Origin: Planctomycetota bacterium
GTDB taxonomy: Bacteria; Planctomycetota; PLA2; JAEUHO01
Direction: 5' to 3'
Assembly: GCA_050248855.1 (NCBI GenBank)
Contig: JBFWRP010000001.1
Location: 251,419-315,418, forward strand
DNA: 64,000 bases
In this document: positions 19,206-27,380 of the stretch, piece after piece
How positions within the stretch are numbered: position 1 is the first letter of the stretch
How the letters are laid out: every line of letters starts with the position of its first letter
The notes under the pieces: generated by a model
What the model was told of the DNA's origin: nothing
What the model saw: the letters and a program-made list of their open reading frames with translations, nothing else
Database searches by the model: none
Made by a program: the position numbers and the translations under genes

Positions 19206-22200
19206 ATGCTGGCCCGCCTCCTCGACGTACGACCCGGCGAGGGCCGGCGCCTGCTCCTGCTCGGTGGGCACTTGTTCCTGTTGCTCGCCGCGCTCGGCGT
19301 GCTGATGACCGCGGCCGAGGCGATCTTCCTCGCCGCGTATCCCTACACGTGGGTGCCCTACACCTACATCGGCGGCGCCCTCGTGAGTGTCGTGGCCTCC
19401 TTCGCGTACGGGGCCTTGGACCGACGCGCGGGGCCCCGGCTGCGCTCCACCGCCACGCTGGGCACGCTGGCGGCCACGATCCTCCTGCTGCGGCTCCTCC
19501 TGGTGGTGTGGCCGGCGGGCGGTCCCTTCGTGCTGTTCCTGGTCGCCGCGGGTTTCGGCGTCATCGTCGGCATGGAGAGCGGCAACCTCGTGACGCGCGC
19601 GTTGGACGCACGGCAGGCGCGGCGGCTCTACCCGGCCATCTCCGGCATCGGCGGCATCGGCGCATCCGCCGGGTCCTTCCTGGTGGCAGGCCTGGCGCGG
19701 GTGCTGGCGCCCGCCGACCTGCTGGGCGTGGCCGCGGCCTGCTTCGTGCCGCCCATGGCCCTGGCCGCACGCGTGACGGGCGATCACGTGCGGAGCCGGC
19801 CGGTCGAGCCTGCGCCGTGGACGGCGGTCCTCTCGAACCGCTTCACGCTGCTGCTCATGGCGATCGTCTCCTTGGCGGGCATCCTCTCCACGACGGCCAA
19901 GTTCCAGCTGAGCGCGGCCGTCAAGGAGACGCTGCCGGAGCCGGAGATCGCGACGTACCTCGGCATGCTCTACGGCTCGCTGAGCGTGGCCTCGATCTTC
20001 TTCGGCTTCTTCGTCATCCGGCATCTCGTGGCGCGGTGGGGCGTTGGCGCGTCGCTCCTGGTCTACCCGCTGTTGATCACGACGGCAGGCCTCTTCGGCA
20101 TCGCGCTCCCCGGACTCGCAGTCGCCTCCGGCGCGCTCTTCACGGAGCGGCTGCTGCGGCAGAACCTGCAGCGCCCCTTGCTCAACGTGGCGATGATGCC
20201 GCTGCCGGCCCAGGTGGCATCGCGCGCCAAGCTGGCCGTGCGCGGGGTCGTGGAGAACCCCGCGATCGCGCTGACCAGCATCGGCCTGCTCCTGGTCGGT
20301 CCGCACGTGCCGTGGCAGTCCGCCTCCATCGTGCTGCTCGTCGGCGGAGGCGCGTCCCTGGCCTGCGCATGGGCAGCGCGGCGCCAGTACGCCAAGGAGC
20401 TGGTGGCGGCGCTCCACACGCGCAGGCTCGAGACCACCGCGCCGGACGAGACGCCGTGGGTCCTGGACGCGCGCACGCGCAGCGCGCTCCACGAACAGCT
20501 CGCCAGCGAGACGCCCGATCGCGCCGCGCTGGCCTTGCGCCTGTTGGAGGGTCAAGCCGACGACGAGACCGTACGCATCGTGAGGACCTCCTGGGCAACC
20601 TGGCGACCTTGGGTGCGCGTGGTGGCCGTCCGCTCGCTCGCGACGAGCCGTCATGCCGGGGCTCGGGCCTTCCTCGCCGCGCTCGATGCCGAAGCGGACC
20701 CGGAGGCCGTGGCCGAGCGCTTGCGTTCTTCGCTCGACGCCGTCGATCGCGACCGCCTGCGGGGCTTCCTGGTCCATGGCGACGCAGGGCTGGCGGCGGC
20801 CGCGGCCATCCGCCTCGCACGCGACGGCGAGCGCGTGGACGAGACGCATCGATGGCGCACCTCGGCCGACCCCGCGTGGAGGACGGCCGCCGCTGCGGTA
20901 TCGGCGGCCACGCTGGCACCGGACGATCCCGGCTGGGGCACGCTCCTGGAGGAGGCGCCGGACGCCGTGCTCGCCGAAGCCCTCCACCGACCCCTCCCGG
21001 GGCTCGCGGAGCCGCTGGCCCGGCGACTCACCGACGCCGAACGCCTGCCCGCCATCGTCGCGGCCTTCGAGAGACTTGGCCCCGCCGCGCGCGAGGCCCT
21101 GGCGCGCGCGGCAGCCGATGCCCCGCGCGCGCCCCAGGCACTCGCGCTGCTGCTTGGCGTGTGCGGCGCGGAGGGTCGTCGATTGGTCGTGGAGCGCGCG
21201 ACCGACACCGACGCCACGCTCCGGGGGCACGCCCTGCGGGCGCTGCTGCATGCCCCGGGCCCGCTTGCCGCCGCGGAGGCGCGTGCCCTCGACGGTGTCG
21301 CGGAGCGGGAGTACGCCCTGTGTGTGGCGCGCCATGCCGCACGCACGCATGCTGCACCGGATGTCCGGCGCGAAGGCGCCACGTTGCTCGCGCGCTCGCT
21401 CGAGCGCCTCTTCCTCGTGCTGGCCCTCCTCGAACCTGGCAAGCCCTACCGTCGCGTGCACCTCTCGCTCGCCTCCGACGTCGACAGCGAGCGTGCGTTC
21501 GCCGTCGAGGCCCTGGACGAGCTGCTCGAGGACCCGTGGCGAGAGCGACTCCTGCCCTTGCTGGACCCGGGGTCGCCAGGCCACGGCATGGCGCCGGGAG
21601 ACCTTGCCGGCGATCCCGCGCTCGCCGAGCTGGCGGCGTCGCTCGCCGACGGCAGCCCGCATCCCCACCTCGCGCGCGCGCGGGCGTGGCAGGGGGTGCC
21701 CCCGCTGGATGCCCTGGCGCTCGACGACCTGCGGGCGCTCTCCCGTGCAGTGTCGGCGGGCGAGCTCCGCGGGCCGCGCTTGCGCCTCGAGGGCGACGGC
21801 CTCGCCAACGTGGCCGCCGCGATCCTCGGTGACGACGACGCCCACGGCGACGGCATCCCCATGGACGCGCTATGGAGCGTGCTTGCGGCACGACCGCCCG
21901 CAGCCCGGGCGTGGTTGCGCCGCCTCTCGGCCGTGCTGTCGCCTGCGGCACCGGCCGAGGCCGACGTCTCCACGAGCGGCATGTCGCTCGCCAGCCGCGA
22001 AGAGGCGGAAGATCCCGCGACGCTGGACGACGTGCGGCGCTGGCAGCGCACCTTCTACCTGGGTCTGGTTCCGCTCTTCGGTCCCCTCTCGCTTGCACGG
22101 CTGCGCGCAATTGCCGACATCTGCCGTCTCCTCCCGGTGCGTGCAGGCACGGTGATCGTGAGCGAGGGGCGACCGGCGGGCCACGCCTACGTGGTCTGCC

Positions 22201-22445
22201 GTGGCTCGGTCGAGGTACGTCGGCGTGGGGGACAAGCCACGCGCCTCGAGGCCGGCGAGGCGTTCGGCGTCCTCGGCCTCCTGTCCGGCGGTGTGCGGCG
22301 AACGCAGGTGACCGCGATGACCGACGGCGAGCTCCTCGCCATCGACCGCGTCGACTTCGCCGATCTGCTCGTGGCGCAGCCCGGCTTGGTCCGGGCGTTC
22401 TCCCGACTCCTGGCCGAACGCGCCCAAGCGCTCGGCCCGGCTTGA
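19206..22445 (+). CDS. 12-TM MFS/TLC-like transporter fused to a HEAT/PBS-lyase-like repeat region and a C-terminal cyclic-nucleotide-binding domain
   Basis: ORF 18918 is trimmed to ATG 19206 (MLARLLDVRPGEGRRLLLLGGHLFLLLAALGV...). About 12 hydrophobic helices span the first ~430 aa. An Ala/Leu/Arg-rich repeat region follows. The C-terminal LFGPLSLARLRAIADICRLLPVRAGTVIVSEGRPAGHAYVVCRGSVEVRR...LEAGEAFGVLGLL...RRTQVTAMTDGELLAIDRVDFADLL is a cNMP-binding (CAP-family) fold. Confidence 0.65.
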   Translation: MLARLLDVRPGEGRRLLLLGGHLFLLLAALGVLMTAAEAIFLAAYPYTWVPYTYIGGALVSVVASFAYGALDRRAGPRLRSTATLGTLAATILLLRLLLVVWPAGGPFVLFLVAAGFGVIVGMESGNLVTRALDARQARRLYPAISGIGGIGASAGSFLVAGLARVLAPADLLGVAAACFVPPMALAARVTGDHVRSRPVEPAPWTAVLSNRFTLLLMAIVSLAGILSTTAKFQLSAAVKETLPEPEIATYLGMLYGSLSVASIFFGFFVIRHLVARWGVGASLLVYPLLITTAGLFGIALPGLAVASGALFTERLLRQNLQRPLLNVAMMPLPAQVASRAKLAVRGVVENPAIALTSIGLLLVGPHVPWQSASIVLLVGGGASLACAWAARRQYAKELVAALHTRRLETTAPDETPWVLDARTRSALHEQLASETPDRAALALRLLEGQADDETVRIVRTSWATWRPWVRVVAVRSLATSRHAGARAFLAALDAEADPEAVAERLRSSLDAVDRDRLRGFLVHGDAGLAAAAAIRLARDGERVDETHRWRTSADPAWRTAAAAVSAATLAPDDPGWGTLLEEAPDAVLAEALHRPLPGLAEPLARRLTDAERLPAIVAAFERLGPAAREALARAAADAPRAPQALALLLGVCGAEGRRLVVERATDTDATLRGHALRALLHAPGPLAAAEARALDGVAEREYALCVARHAARTHAAPDVRREGATLLARSLERLFLVLALLEPGKPYRRVHLSLASDVDSERAFAVEALDELLEDPWRERLLPLLDPGSPGHGMAPGDLAGDPALAELAASLADGSPHPHLARARAWQGVPPLDALALDDLRALSRAVSAGELRGPRLRLEGDGLANVAAAILGDDDAHGDGIPMDALWSVLAARPPAARAWLRRLSAVLSPAAPAEADVSTSGMSLASREEAEDPATLDDVRRWQRTFYLGLVPLFGPLSLARLRAIADICRLLPVRAGTVIVSEGRPAGHAYVVCRGSVEVRRRGGQATRLEAGEAFGVLGLLSGGVRRTQVTAMTDGELLAIDRVDFADLLVAQPGLVRAFSRLLAERAQALGPA

Positions 22446-22548
22446 GGACGGGATCTCGCGAGCCCGGATCCAAGGGCTCTGCGCGGAATCTCCGGGAATC
22501 CCGGGACGATCCGCGCGGCGCGGTTCTCGAGAGGGCAAGGAGATTCCC

Positions 22549-22881
22549 ATGCGACACACCCTTCCCCTCGTCCTCGCCTTCCTGCTCGCCGCTCCCGTCT
22601 ACGCCTCCAGCCGCGCTCCCTCCGGGCCCGCCACCCTCGACGACGGTCCGGGCGCGGGCGGTGGGTACGGGAAGCGCGTCCACACCCTCGAGGACGGCCC
22701 CGGCTCGGGTGGTGGCTACGGCAAGCAGGTCCACACGCTGGATGACGGCCCCGGCGCCGGCGGCGGCTACGGCAAGCAGGTCCACACGTTGGACGACGGC
22801 CCCGGCGCAGGCGGCGGCTACGGCAAGCAGCTCCACGTGCCGCCGTACATCGCGCCCCCCTCGTGGCGTTCGCTCCACTGA
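22549..22881 (+). CDS. Small secreted protein composed of four tandem 17-aa Gly-rich repeats
   Basis: AAGGAG lies 7 nt upstream of the ATG. The signal peptide is MRHTLPLVLAFLLAAPVYASS. The mature part is (L)DDGPGAGGGYGK(R/Q)VHT, four imperfect copies, followed by LHVPPYIAPPSWRSLH. Confidence 0.6.
   Translation: MRHTLPLVLAFLLAAPVYASSRAPSGPATLDDGPGAGGGYGKRVHTLEDGPGSGGGYGKQVHTLDDGPGAGGGYGKQVHTLDDGPGAGGGYGKQLHVPPYIAPPSWRSLH
22639..22842 (+). repeat. Tandem 51-bp coding repeat, four copies, about 80-90% identical
   Basis: Unit 1 is gacgacggtccgggcgcgggcggtgggtacgggaagcgcgtccacaccctc. Units 2 and 3 are gaggacggccccggctcgggtggtggctacggcaagcaggtccacacgctg and gatgacggccccggcgccggcggcggctacggcaagcaggtccacacgttg. 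Unit 4 is gacgacggccccggcgcaggcggcggctacggcaagcagctccacgtg. The repeats stay in frame. Confidence 0.7.
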
Positions 22882-22940
22882 CCGCCACCGGGAGGCACGT
22901 GCGATCGAGCCACCACGGTTGCTCCGCAGTCCCCATCAGC

Positions 22941-22972
22941 CGACCCGCCCGTCGAGCACGACGGGCGGGTCG
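22941..22972. terminator. Perfect 14-bp stem / 4-nt loop hairpin between convergent genes; putative bidirectional terminator
   Basis: The hairpin is cgacccgcccgtcg agca cgacgggcgggtcg. It lies about 60 nt after the repeat-protein stop and 3 nt before the convergent kinase stop. There is no U-tract, which is usual in high-GC genomes. Confidence 0.45.
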
Positions 22973-22974
22973 TC

Positions 22975-24084
22975 TCATGCCGAAGGTGCACCGCGTCCGA
23001 AGAGGCGTCGCCACCAGGAGCGCGGCCTCTGCGTCGCGGGCTCGCGCCCCAGGAGGAAATCGTCGATCGCATCGGCCAGGGCCCCCGCGGTCGGGAAGCG
23101 GTCCTTGCGTTCACGAGCCATCGCCCGCTCCACGATCCCCGTCAAGGCATCGACGGCCGGCAGGGGCTCGGGGGGCGTGGCGGCCACGCGACGAAGCACG
23201 TCGAGCGGCTCGCCGCCGCGGTAGGGCGCATCGCCGGAGAGCAAGCGATACAACGTCGCGCCGAGGCCGTAGACGTCGGAGCGCTCGTCCGCCGGGAAGC
23301 CCATGGCCTGCTCGGGGGCCATGTAGGCGGGCGTGCCCAGCAGCTCGCCGGTCGCGGTCAAGGCAGGCAGCGTGTCGATCGCCTTGGCCATGCCGAAGTC
23401 CAGGACGAACACCTGGCCGGCTCCGTCCACGACGAGGTTGGCCGGCTTGAGATCACGATGCACGACGCCCTGCTCGTGGGCGTACTGCACCGCACGGGCC
23501 GCATCGCGCACGATCTCGGCCGCCCGACGCCGCGGGACGTCCAGGCCCTCCAACGTGGTGCCCGGCACGTACTGCATGGCGAGGTAGGCCCGGCCCTCGT
23601 GTTGCTCGACCTCGTGCACGGGCGGGATCCCCGGGTGCTGGAGCCTGGCGAGGATGCGCGCCTCCCGCACGAAACGCTCGAGGGCGTACGTGCTGTCGCG
23701 CAGCAGCAGCTTGAGAGCCACGTCGCGACCCAGGGTCGGGTCGTGCGCGCGGTAGACCTCGCCCATCGCACCCCGTCCGAGCTCCTCCTTCACCTCGTAC
23801 CGGCCGATGCGCCGCGACGGCGCCTGGCCCGGCGCAGGAGGTCCCGCCATGGCTTCCAGCACCTGGTCCAGGCGCACGGCGTGCTCGAGCTCGGCCAGCA
23901 GCGTCGTCGTCAGGCGGCCCGACGCCACCAAGGCAGTGCCCAGGCCCTGGCCGCGGCTGGCTTCGAGCAGCCCGTCGATCTCGTTCGCGTCGACGAGCCG
24001 GCGCGCGACGAGCACGCGCGCGAGCGCGTCGTCCCGCGCCTCGGCTTGGCCGCGACGCACGCCGTCGATCAGCCGAGGATCCAC
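22975..24084 (-). CDS. Ser/Thr protein kinase (cytoplasmic)
   Basis: ORF 22975..24276 is trimmed to GTG 24084 (VDPRLIDGV), which has GGAGG 6 nt upstream and overlaps the upstream sigma gene by 14 nt. Kinase motifs are LGRGAMGEVY, ALKLL, HRDLKPANLVV, DFGMAK and GTPAYMAPE. The N-terminal 90 aa form a helical domain. Confidence 0.7.
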   Translation of the reverse strand: MDPRLIDGVRRGQAEARDDALARVLVARRLVDANEIDGLLEASRGQGLGTALVASGRLTTTLLAELEHAVRLDQVLEAMAGPPAPGQAPSRRIGRYEVKEELGRGAMGEVYRAHDPTLGRDVALKLLLRDSTYALERFVREARILARLQHPGIPPVHEVEQHEGRAYLAMQYVPGTTLEGLDVPRRRAAEIVRDAARAVQYAHEQGVVHRDLKPANLVVDGAGQVFVLDFGMAKAIDTLPALTATGELLGTPAYMAPEQAMGFPADERSDVYGLGATLYRLLSGDAPYRGGEPLDVLRRVAATPPEPLPAVDALTGIVERAMARERKDRFPTAGALADAIDDFLLGREPATQRPRSWWRRLFGRGAPSA

Positions 24085-24770
24085 CGGGCCTCCTCGATCG
24101 CAGCCTCCGGGTCGCCCACGTACTCCGCGGCGGCCCGGATCACCAGCGTGCGAAGCTCCGCCCGGACCCGGGACAGCGCGTGGCGCACCTCCGCAGGGGA
24201 CATGCCCAGGCGCTCCCCCACGGCGGCATACGTCGTGCGCCCGTCGGCGAGGTCGTACGCCTCGAACGCCTCCCACGCGGCCGATCGCCCCTCGTCGTCG
24301 AGGCGTGCGCGCAGCGTGTCCAGCGACCGTGCGAGCACGAGTCGCAGCCAGGCCCGGTCGAACACGTCCTCCGCACTGCCGCCGGGATCAGCGACGCGAC
24401 CTGCATCCTCGAGGTCGATGGCGACGCGCCCGCCCCCCCGCTTCTCGCGGGCCGCATCCCGCCTGCGGTTGCGCAGGAAGTTCGTCAGCGCCGCTTTCAG
24501 GAAGCTGCGCAGCGATCCCCGCTCGGGATCGAGCCCCTCCAGGAAATCGCGCTGGAGGAGGTCGGCAAAGAAGGCCTGCGTGGCATCGGCCGCGTCATCC
24601 ACGGAAAGCCGCCAGCCGAAGCGCGCCTGGCAGAAGACGGGCTCCCAGTAGCTCTGGCAGAGGGTCTGGAGCAGCTCCTCGCGTTCGCGCACGTCGCCGC
24701 TGCGGTCGCGGAGGATGCGGCTCCACATCGTGGGCGGGAAGGCACCTCGCGGCGAGGACTCGAAGACCAT
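24069..24770 (-). CDS. ECF (sigma-70 family) sigma factor
   Basis: Region 2 is DAADATQAFFADLLQRDFLEGL...RSFLKAALTNFLRNRRR. Region 4 is LADGRTTYAAVGERLGMSPAEVRHALSRVRAELRTL. The start is ATG 24770 (MVFESS, AGGA 9 nt upstream); alternatives are GTG 24815 or ATG 24728. It sits between two kinase genes on the same strand. Confidence 0.7.
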   Translation of the reverse strand: MVFESSPRGAFPPTMWSRILRDRSGDVREREELLQTLCQSYWEPVFCQARFGWRLSVDDAADATQAFFADLLQRDFLEGLDPERGSLRSFLKAALTNFLRNRRRDAAREKRGGGRVAIDLEDAGRVADPGGSAEDVFDRAWLRLVLARSLDTLRARLDDEGRSAAWEAFEAYDLADGRTTYAAVGERLGMSPAEVRHALSRVRAELRTLVIRAAAEYVGDPEAAIEEARWILG

Positions 24771-24827
24771 GGGGCAGGATCCTACCGGCGGCCTGCGTGA
24801 CACCGACGGGGCCACGCGGCGCGCTGC

Positions 24828-27380
24828 CTACCGGGCGTCCGCCCCCCCGGCGCCATGCCCGAGGTCCTTGTGCAGCATGTCGACCAGTCGCCCCCAGAGC
24901 TCGAGGTTGCGGTCGAAGCCCGGGGAGAGCTGTCCCCGCTCCTTGACCCCTGCCAGCCGAGCGACGGCGGCCTCGAACCAGCGACGTGCCTCCTCGTAGC
25001 GTTCCCGGGCAACGACCTCGTCCGGTGCCGCGCCGGCCTCGGCCGCATGGAGGAAGCCCCACGTCGACTCGACCTCGGCCAGACCGCACGCCTCCACGGC
25101 GGCCCCGCCGCTGCGTTCCAGCCTCCGCTCCTGGATGACCTGGGCATCCCGCAGCGCGGCGCGGGCCTGCGGGAAGTCCTCGAGTCGATAGAGGACGCTC
25201 GCCAAGCGGGTGAGCAAGACGCGCTCGTCCCATTCCAAGCCCAGGTTGTCCGGCTGGGCCGCACGACGGGCGCGCATCCGCTCGAGCGCGGATCGCGCGA
25301 CGGTGGCTGCCTCCTCGTACCGCTCGAGCTGCTCCAGGGCCACGGCCAGGTCGCCCTCGCTGTCCTGGATGTACGCCTGCGCCTCGGCGTCCTGCTCATC
25401 GCCCGCAGCCAGCTGCTGGGCGAAGGCCAGGGCCTGCGCGTAGTGGCCCCGCGCTGCCTCGTGGTCCTTGCGACCGCCGGCGAGATCACCCAGGCTGTCC
25501 TGCACGTGCCAGAGCAGCCAGAGGCGCGTGCGATCGGGCGGGCCCGCCTGCACGAGGGCGGCCAAGCGCTCCACCTCGGCGATGTGCCGGGCGGCCTCTT
25601 CGTCCCGGTCGAGCTCGGCGAAGGCCGACGCGAGGTTCAGGTGGGCCTGCAAGAGGAAGCGATCGCGCTTCATCGCACCGAAGGTCGCCCAGTCCAGGTC
25701 CTTCGCCATCTCGAGGTACTGGCGGTAGCCCTCGAGCGCCGCCTCGAAGTCGTCCACGTACCAGTCCGTATGGGCGCGAGCCTGGAGGTGGTCCAGACGC
25801 GCCGACAGGACGTGCAGGTCGTCCGGGCGACGTGCGGCAAGGGCCGCCAAGTCGGGCTCGACGGCATCCAGCAGGGCGCGCGCTTCGGGGATCCGGCCCG
25901 CCGCCCGGTGATGGGTCGCCAGCGTCAGACGCGCCGCCAGCCAGGCGCCGAACAGGCGATCGTCGTCGGGACGGGCCGCGCGGGCCTGGCCCAAGTGCTC
26001 GATCGCCCGCTCGTAGTAGCGCGTGGCCGCGCCCTCGTCACCCAGGTTCGCCCCACCGGTGCCGCCCTTGATCCCGCCGATCGAGATCTCGGCGGCCGCC
26101 AGGGCCCGGAGCACGACCGGGTCCTCGGACACGCCCTCGATGGCCGCGAGGCGCATGGCCAAGCCCTCGACCTCCTCGGCCAGCAGCGTGCGGACGCGCG
26201 TTGCCCCCATGAGCGTGTCCAGCTTGTTGTCCAGATGATCGGTGACCACCGGGATGAAGCCCGCGCTCTCGTGCAGCAGCGCACGCGCACGCCGTTCGTT
26301 GCGCTCGGCCTGCTGACGCGCGCGCGCCTCCGAAGCGGCGAACACGCTGATCGCGACCAACGACCCGACCAGCACGACGAGGCCACCGGCCATGGCCACG
26401 AACGCCACGCGATGGCGCCGTGCGTACAGGCGCAGCTGGTACGCCAGCGACGGGGCACGCGCCAGGATGGGACGGCTCTGCAGGAACCGCTCGATGTCCT
26501 CGGCCAGGGCCTCCGCGCTTCCGTAGCGGGCGTCGGGCTCCTTGGCCAACGCCTTGCGCACGATGATGCCCACGTCGCGGGGCAGGTCCTCGCGCAAGCG
26601 CTCGGGCGCCCGCGGGGGCTGGTTGCGGATGGCTCCGATCGTCTCGAGCAGCCCGAGGTTCGTCAGGTCGTACGGGAGCTTCCCGGTGAGGATCTCGTAC
26701 AGCAGCACGCCCAGGGCGTACACGTCGCTTCGCGTGTCGATGGACTCGGCCTGTCCCCCCAGCTGCTCCGGGCTCATGTACGTGACGGTGCCCATGAGAT
26801 GGGCCGTTCGCGTGCGGGGCGCGTCGGGCGAGGCGTCGTCGCCGGTCAGGCGCGCGATGCCGAAGTCGATCACCTTCGGCCGCCCGTCTTCCCCCACGAG
26901 CACGTTGCCCGGCTTGATGTCGCGGTGGATCACGCCGCGCACATGGCCGGCGTGCACGCCCCGGCACACCTCCATGACCAAGCGCAGGGCGTCCTCGAGG
27001 CCGAGGCCATGGCGCTGCACGTACTCCGTGATCGGCAGGGCGCCGGCAATGTACTCCATCACGAAGTAGGAGAGCTCGGTCGTGGCATGGTGCGTGCCCG
27101 CCCGGTGCACCTGGGCGATGGCCGGGTGGCGGAGCGTGCCGAGCACGTGCGCCTCCTGCTGGAAGCGGTAGCGTGCCTCGGGCGAGGCCAGCGCATCCCC
27201 CAGCAGCTTCACGGCCACTTGGCGACCGGGCGGCTCTTGCCAGCCCTCGTAGACGACGCCCATGCCGCCGCGGCCCATGGGCCTGCGTAGCGTGCAGTCC
27301 CCCAGCACCAAGCCCGCCAGGGCATCGCGCGGTTCCTCGCCACGAGCCGGCGGCCTCCCGCGGGCAGGCGGCGTGTCCAT
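24828..27380 (-). CDS. Ser/Thr protein kinase with one TM helix and a C-terminal TPR-repeat region
   Basis: ORF 24828..27443 is trimmed to ATG 27380 (MDTPPARG), which overlaps the stop of the upstream gene by 1 nt (TGATG). Kinase motifs are MGRGGMGVVYEG, AVKLL, HRDIKPGNVLV, DFGIARL and GTVTYMSPEQ. The TM helix is VAFVAMAGGLVVLVGSLVAISVFAA. The tail is rich in TPR-like repeats. Confidence 0.75.
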   Translation of the reverse strand: MDTPPARGRPPARGEEPRDALAGLVLGDCTLRRPMGRGGMGVVYEGWQEPPGRQVAVKLLGDALASPEARYRFQQEAHVLGTLRHPAIAQVHRAGTHHATTELSYFVMEYIAGALPITEYVQRHGLGLEDALRLVMEVCRGVHAGHVRGVIHRDIKPGNVLVGEDGRPKVIDFGIARLTGDDASPDAPRTRTAHLMGTVTYMSPEQLGGQAESIDTRSDVYALGVLLYEILTGKLPYDLTNLGLLETIGAIRNQPPRAPERLREDLPRDVGIIVRKALAKEPDARYGSAEALAEDIERFLQSRPILARAPSLAYQLRLYARRHRVAFVAMAGGLVVLVGSLVAISVFAASEARARQQAERNERRARALLHESAGFIPVVTDHLDNKLDTLMGATRVRTLLAEEVEGLAMRLAAIEGVSEDPVVLRALAAAEISIGGIKGGTGGANLGDEGAATRYYERAIEHLGQARAARPDDDRLFGAWLAARLTLATHHRAAGRIPEARALLDAVEPDLAALAARRPDDLHVLSARLDHLQARAHTDWYVDDFEAALEGYRQYLEMAKDLDWATFGAMKRDRFLLQAHLNLASAFAELDRDEEAARHIAEVERLAALVQAGPPDRTRLWLLWHVQDSLGDLAGGRKDHEAARGHYAQALAFAQQLAAGDEQDAEAQAYIQDSEGDLAVALEQLERYEEAATVARSALERMRARRAAQPDNLGLEWDERVLLTRLASVLYRLEDFPQARAALRDAQVIQERRLERSGGAAVEACGLAEVESTWGFLHAAEAGAAPDEVVARERYEEARRWFEAAVARLAGVKERGQLSPGFDRNLELWGRLVDMLHKDLGHGAGGADAR

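Noticed and set aside
19032-21845. 937-aa minus-strand ORF opposite the transporter-HEAT-cNMP gene
   Set aside because: It is the antisense of a frame with a canonical cNMP-binding domain and hydrophobic helices. Its product is Arg/Gly/Glu-rich without motifs.
22639-22842. The possibility that the 4 x 51-bp tandem repeat is a CRISPR-like array or a non-coding minisatellite
   Set aside because: The copies are contiguous with no spacers, are imperfect at wobble positions while conserving the encoded peptide, stay in frame with a signal peptide and a consensus RBS, and no cas genes are nearby. This behaviour fits a coding repeat.
24855-27290. 811-aa plus-strand ORF opposite the second STPK-TPR gene
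   Set aside because: The minus frame contains the full set of kinase subdomains. The plus product is repetitive Arg/Leu/Val/Gly.
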